NCBI GenBank assembly: GCA_964057225.1
Contig: OZ059900.1
Location: 17,608,001 to 17,672,000 of the forward strand
Reading direction: 5' to 3'
DNA from: Auanema rhodensis
Lineage: Eukaryota > Animalia > Nematoda
DNA length: 64,000 nt
Under the pieces are notes generated by a model. That model searched no databases and had not been told where the DNA came from. It worked only from the letters and a program-made list of their open reading frames with translations. The position numbers and the translations under genes were made by a program. Below are positions 57,498 through 64,000 of this stretch, in pieces. Position 1 is the stretch's first letter; each line of letters starts with the position of its first letter.

Positions 57498-58928
57498 AAA
57501 TTTCCAAAAACTGGTTTTCCAGCATAATAAAATATTTCTCATGGGAAATACTGTGTTTTTGTATTTTTCTAGTGTTCAGCATGTGAAATGCTTCATTTTA
57601 GTATGTAACACGCTGAAATTCGTTGCATTTGACGACTCATATGAACAAAAATCGATTTAATCAATATTAGCCATAAGGGGCGTGCCCTCAGAATATGCTA
57701 ATTTCCTTAATTTTCTAACCCCTGTTTTGTTGTCGTGAAAGTGGAACTAGACGTTGTAGGAACAATTTTGAGCTAGGTTTCATTGACATTGCATGAGTTT
57801 GAACACATGAAATCGTAAGTCAAAACCTTGTTTACAGCGAAATTTCCAAAAACTGGTTTTCCAGCATAATAAAATATTTCTCATGGGAAATACTGTGTTT
57901 TTGTATTCTTCTAGTGTTCAGCATGTAAAATGCTTCATTTTAGTATGTAACACGCTGAAATTCGTTGCATTTGACGACTCATATGAACAAAAATCGATTT
58001 AATCAATATTAGCCATAAGGGGCGTGCCCTCAGAATATGCTAATTTCCTTAATTTTCTAACCCCTGTTTTTTGTCGTGAAAGTGGAACTAGACGTTGTAG
58101 GAACAATTTTGAGCTAGGTTTCATTGACATTGCATGAGTTTGAACACATGAAATCGTAAGTCAAAACCTTGTTTACAGCGAAATTTCCAAAAACTCGTTT
58201 TCCAGCATAATAAAATATTTCTCATGGGAAATACTGTGTTTTTGTATTTTTTTAGTGTTCAGCATGTAAAATGCTTCATTTTAGTATGTAACACGCTGAA
58301 ATTAATTGCATTTGACGACTCATATGAACAAAAATCGATTTAATCAATATTAGCCATAAGGGGCGTGCCCTCAGAATATGCTAATTTCCTTAAATTTCTA
58401 ACCCCTGTTTTTTTGTCGTGAAAGTGGAACTAGACGTTGTACGAACAATTTTGAGCTAGGTTTCATTGACATTGCATGAGTTTGAACACATGAAATCGTA
58501 AGTCAAAACCTTGTTTACAGCGAACTTTCCAAAAACTGGTTTTCCAGCATAATAAAATATTTCTCATGGGAAATACTGTGTTTTTGTATTTTTCTAGTGT
58601 TCAGCATGTGAAATGCTTCATTTTAGTATGTAACACGCTGAAATTCGTTGCATTTGACGACTCATATGAACAAAAATCGATTTAATCAATATTAGCCATA
58701 AGGGGCGTGCCCTCAGAATATGCTAATTTCCTTAATTTTCTAACCCCTGTTTTGTTGTCGTGAAAGTGGAACTAGACGTTGTAGGAACAATTTTGAGCTA
58801 GGTTTCAAATTTCCAAAAACTGGTTTTCCAGCATAATAAAATATTTCTCATGGGAAATACTGTGTTTTTGTATTTTTCTAGTGTTCAGCATGTAAAATGC
58901 TTCATTTTAGTATGTAACACGCTGAAAT
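57498..58928 (-). repeat. Inverted block of the same satellite, 1431 bp (about 4.2 monomers), with an internal 58-bp deletion
   Basis: AAATTTCCAAAAACTGG (reverse complement of monomer 70-86) starts at 57498, 57840, 58181, 58523 (variant AACTTTCC) and 58807. Spacings are 342, 341, 342 and 284. The block ends at ...ACACGCTGAAAT at 58928. Confidence 0.98.
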
Positions 58929-61900
58929 ACAAAAACACAGTATTTCCCATGAGAAAGATTTTATTATGCTGGAAAACCAGTTTTTGGAAATTTCGCTGTA
59001 AACAAGGTTTTGACTTACGATTTCATGTGTTCAAACTCATGCAATGTCAATGAAACCTAGCTCAAAATTGTTCGTACAACGTCTAGTTCCACTTTCACGA
59101 CAAAAAAACAGGGGTTAGAAAATTAAGGAAATTAGCATATTCTGAGGGCACGCCCCTTATGGCTAATATTGATTTAATCGATTTTTGTTCATATGAGTCG
59201 TCAAATGCAACGAATTTCAGCGTGTTACATACTAAAATGAACCATTTTACATGCTGAACACTAGAAAAATACAAAAACACAGTATTTCCCATGAGAAATA
59301 TTTTATTATGCTGGAAAACCAGTTTTTGGAAATTTCGCTGTAAACAAGGTTTTGACTTACGATTTCATGTGTTCAAACTCATGCAATGTCAATGAAACCT
59401 AGCTCAAAATTGTTCGTACAACGTCTAGTTCCACTTTCACGACAAAAAAACAGGGGTTAGAAAATTAAGGAAATTAGCATATTCTGAGGGCACGCCCCTT
59501 ATGGCTAATATTGATTAAATCGATTTTTGTTCATATGAGTCGTCAAATGCAATTAATTTCAGCGTGTTACATACTAAAATGAAGCATTTTACATGCTGAA
59601 CACTAAAAAAATACAAAAACACAGTATTTCCCATGAGAAATATTTTATTATGCTGGAAAACGAGTTTTTGGAAATTTCGCTGTAAACAAGGTTTTGACTT
59701 ACGATTTCATGTGTTCAAACTCATGCAATGTCAATGAAACCTAGCTCAAAATTGTTCCTACAACGTCTAGTTCCACTTTCACGACAAAAAAACAGGGGTT
59801 AGAAAATTAAGGAAATTAGCATATTCTGAGGGCACGCCCTTTATGGCTAATATTGATTAAATCGATTTTTGTTCATATGAGTCGTCAAATGCAACGAATT
59901 TCAGCGTGTTACATACTAAAATGAAACATTTTACATGCTGAACACTATAAAAATACAAAAACACAGTATTTCCCATGAGAAATATTTTATTATGCTGGAA
60001 AACCAGTTTTTGGAAATTTCGCTGTAAACAAGGTTTTGACTTACGATTTCATGTGTTCAAACTCATGCAATGTCAATGAAACCTAGCTCAAAATTGTTCC
60101 TACAACGTCTAGTTCCACTTTCACGACAAAAAAACAGGGGTTAGAAAATTAAGGAAATTAGCATATTCTGAGGGCACGCCCCTTATGGCTAATATTGATT
60201 AAATCGATTTTTGTTCATATGAGTCGTCAAATGAAACGAATTTCAGCGTGTTACATACTAAAATGAAGCATTTTACATGCTGAACACTAGAAAAATACAA
60301 AAACACAGTATTTCCCATGAGAAATATTTTATTATGCTGGAAAACCAGTTTTTGGAAATTTCGCTGTAAACAAGGTTTTGACTTACGATTTCATGTGTTC
60401 AAACTCATGCAATGTCAATGAAACCTAGCTCAAAATTGTTCCTACAACGTCTAGTTCCACTTTCACGACAACAAAACAGGGGTTAGAAAATTAAGGAAAT
60501 TAGCATATTCTGAGGGCACGCCCCTTATGGCTAATATTGATTAAATCGATTTTTGTTCATATGAGTCGTCAAATGCAACGAATTTCAGCGTGTTACATAC
60601 TAAAATGAAGCATTTCACATGCTGAACACTAGAAAAATACAAAAACACAGTATTTCCTATGAGAAATATTTTATTATGCTGGAAAACCAGTTTTTGGAAA
60701 TTTCGCTGTAAACAAGGTTTTGACTTACGATTTCATGTGTTCAAACTCATGCAATGTCAATGAAACCTAGCTCAAAATTGTTCCTACAACGTCTAGTTCC
60801 ACTTTCACGACAAAAAAACAGGGGTTAGAAAATTAAGGAAATTAGCATATTCTGAGGGCACGCCTCTTATGGCTAATATTGATTAAATCGATTTTTGTTC
60901 ATATGAGTCGTCAAATGCAACGAATTTCAGCGTGTTACATACTAAAATGAAGCATTTTACATGCTGAACACTATAAAAATACAAAAACACAGTATTTCCC
61001 ATGAGAAATATTTTATTATGCTGGAAAACCAGTTTTTGGAAATTTCGCTGTAAACAAGGTTTTGACTTACGATTTCATGTGTTCAAACTCATGCAATGTC
61101 AATGAAACCTAGCTCAAAATTGTTCCTACAACGTCTAGTTCCACTTTCACGACAACAAAACAGGGGTTAGAAAATTAAGGAAATTAGCATATTCTGAGGG
61201 CACGCCCCTTATGGCTAATATTGATTAAATCGATTTTTGTTCATATGAGTCGTCAAATGCAACGAATTTCAGCGTGTTACATACTAAAATGAAGCATTTC
61301 ACATGCTGAACACTAGAAAAATACAAAAACACAGTATTTCCCATGAGAAATATTTTATTATGCTGGAAAACCAGTTTTTGGAAATTTCGCTGTAAACAAG
61401 GTTTTGACTTACGATTTCATGTGTTCAAACTCATGCAATGTCAATGAAACCTAGCTCAAAATTGTTCGTACAACGTCTAGTTCCACTTTCACGACAAAAA
61501 AACAGGGGTTAGAAAATTGAGGAAATTAGCATATTCTGAGGGCACGCCCCTTATGGCTAATATTGATTAAATCGATTTTTGTTCATATGAGTCGTCAAAT
61601 GCAATTAATTTCAGCGTGTCACATACTAAAATGAAGCATTTTACATGCTGAACACTAAAAAAATACAAAAACACAGTATTTCCCATGAGAAATATTTTAT
61701 TATGCTGGAAAACGAGTTTTTGGAAATTTCGCTGTAAACAAGGTTTTGACTTACGATTTCATGTGTTCAAACTCATGCAATGTCAATGAAATCTAGCTCA
61801 AAATTGTTCCTACAACGTCTAGTTCCACTTTCACGACAAAAAAACAGGGGTTAGAAAATTAAGGAAATTAGCAGATTCTGAGGGCACGCCCTTTATGGCT

Positions 61901-64000
61901 TATATTGATTAAATCGATTTTTGTTCATATGAGTCGTCAAATGCAACGAATTTCAGCGTGTTACATACTAAAATGAAACATTTTACATGCTGAACACTAT
62001 AAAAATACAAAAACACAGTATTTCCCATGAGAAATATTTTATTATGCTGGAAAACCAGTTTTTGGAAATTTCGCTGTAAACAAGGTTTTGACTTACGATT
62101 TCATGTGTTCAAACTCATGCAATGTCAATGAAACCTAGCTCAAAATTGTTCGTACAACGTCTAGTTCCACTTTCACGACAAAAAAACAGGGGTTAGAAAA
62201 TTGAGGAAATTAGCATATTCTGAGGGCACGCCCCTTATGGCTAATATTGATTAAATCGATTTTTGTTCATATGAGTCGTCAAATGCAATTAATTTCAGCG
62301 TGTCACATACTAAAATGAAGCATTTTACATGCTGAACACTAAAAAAATACAAAAACACAGTATTTCCCATGAGAAATATTTTATTATGCTGGAAAACGAG
62401 TTTTTGGAAATTTCGCTGTAAACAAGGTTTTGACTTACGATTTCATGTGTTCAAACTCATGCAATGTCAATGAAATCTAGCTCAAAATTGTTCCTACAAC
62501 GTCTAGTTCCACTTTCACGACAAAAAAACAGGGGTTAGAAAATTAAGGAAATTAGCAGATTCTGAGGGCACGCCCTTTATGGCTTATATTGATTAAATCG
62601 ATTTTTGTTCATATGAGTCGTCAAATGCAACGAATTTCAGCGTGTTACATACTAAAATGAAACATTTTACATGCTGAACACTATAAAAATACAAAAACAC
62701 AGTATTTCCCATGAGAAATATTTTATTATGCTGGAAAACCAGTTTTTGGAAATTTCGCTGTAAACAAGGTTTTGACTTACGATTTCATGTGTTCAAACTC
62801 ATGCAATGTCAATGAAACCTAGCTCAAAATTGTTCCTACAACGTCTAGTTCCACTTTCACGACAACAAAACAGGGGTTAGAAAATTAAGGAAATTAGCAT
62901 AATCTGAGGGCACGCCCTTTATGGCTAATATTGATTAAATCGATTTTTGTTCATATGAGTCGTCAAATGCAACGAATTTCAGCGTGTTACATACTAAAAT
63001 GAAACATTTTACATGCTGAACACTATAAAAATACAAAAACACAGTATTTCCCATGAGAAATATTTTATTATGCTGGAAAACCAGTTTTTGGAAATTTCGC
63101 TGTAAACAAGGTTTTGACTTACGATTTCATGTGTTCAAACTCATGCAATGTCAATGAAATCTAGCTCGAAATTGTTCCTACAACGTCTAGTTCCACTTTC
63201 ACGACAAAAAAACAGGGGTTAGAAAATTAAGGAAATTAGCATATTCTGAGGGCACGCCCTTTATGGCTAATATTGATTAAATCGATTTTTGTTCATATGA
63301 GTCGTCAAATGAAACGAATTTCAGCGTGTTACATACTAAAATGAAGCATTTTACATGCTGAACACTAGAAAAATACAAAAACACAGTATTTCCCATGAGA
63401 AATATTTTATTATGCTGGAAAACCAGTTTTTGGAAATTTCGCTGTAAACAAGGTTTTGACTTACGATTTCATGTGTTCAAACTCATGCAATGTCAATGAA
63501 ACCTAGCTCAAAATTGTTCCTACAACGTCTAGTTCCACTTTCACGACAAAAAAACAGGGGTTAGAAAATTAAGGAAATTAGCATATTCTGAGGGCACGCC
63601 TCTTATGGCTAATATTGATTAAATGGATTTTTGTTCATATGAGTCGTCAAATGCAACGAATTTCAGCGTGTTACATACTAAAATGAAGCATTTTACATGC
63701 TGAACACTATAAAAATACAAAAACACAGTATTTCCCATGAGAAATATTTTATTATGCTGGAAAACCAGTTTTTGGAAATTTCGCTGTAAACAAGGTTTTG
63801 ACTTACGATTTCATGTGTTCAAACTCATGCAATGTCAATGAAACCTAGCTCAAAATTGTTCCTACAACGTCTAGTTCCACTTAAACGACAACAAAACAGG
63901 GGTTAGAAAATTAAGGAAATTAGCATATTCTGAGGGCACGCCCCTTATGGCTAATATTGATTAAATCGATTTTTGTTCATATGAGTCGTCAAATGCAACG
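58925..64000 (+). repeat. 342-bp satellite array resumed in forward orientation (about 15 monomers)
   Basis: AAATACAAAAACACAG (monomer position 18 onward) begins at 58925. The regular 342-bp period continues to the window end. Confidence 0.99.

Larger units (their letters stand above)
42427..64000. repeat. Variant domain 3 (GTTCCTAC subfamily), more diverged monomers with 6/8/9-mer higher-order organisation
   Basis: Markers are GTTCCTAC, ACTATAAA/ACTAAAAA, AAAACGAG, ACAACAAA, GCCCTTT, GAAACATT, CCTATGAG and GCAATTAATT. CCTATGAG is at 44177, 46913, 49991, 52043 and 60658. GTTGGTAC is at 44986/48064 (+3078). Confidence 0.85.

Noticed and set aside
57478-57660. 60-aa ORF at the left inversion junction
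   Set aside because: Reverse-strand satellite frame joined to the T-rich filler; a junction by-product.
57498-58928. Transposon, MITE or foldback element
   Set aside because: The segment is entirely satellite sequence, with no terminal inverted repeats of its own, no target-site duplication and no transposase.
58850-59292. 67-aa and 65-aa ORFs near the right junction
   Set aside because: One is a chimaeric reading across the inversion junction. The other arises from a single SNP (GATTTAATCG) removing the usual stop. Neither has coding evidence.
1-64000. CRISPR array
   Set aside because: There are no unique spacers, the whole 342-bp unit is repeated, and no cas genes are present.

Overview
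The whole 64 kb window is one AT-rich tandem satellite DNA array (about 34% GC by hand count of one monomer). It has a 342-bp monomer and about 187 copies that differ from each other by only a few substitutions, which is typical of eukaryotic (peri)centromeric or heterochromatic satellite. I cannot assign the family or species from the sequence alone. There are no genes, RNA genes, CRISPR arrays or transposons, and the five listed ORFs are accidental readings of the satellite, mostly created at rearrangement junctions. The informative structure has three parts. (i) Successive sequence-variant domains carry local higher-order repeats (2-, 3-, 4-, 6-, 7-, 8-, 9-, 10-mer periods). (ii) There are a few single-monomer indels: a 19-bp duplication, a 7-bp deletion and a 72-bp duplication. 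(iii) A complex 1431-bp inverted block lies at 57498-58928, with an A/T9 filler at one end, 4-bp microhomology at the other, an internal 58-bp deletion, and breakpoints that reuse short palindromes of the monomer. It sits in a disordered island (about 53-59.3 kb) that interrupts an otherwise continuous haplotype. I found no evidence for a new protein-coding system.
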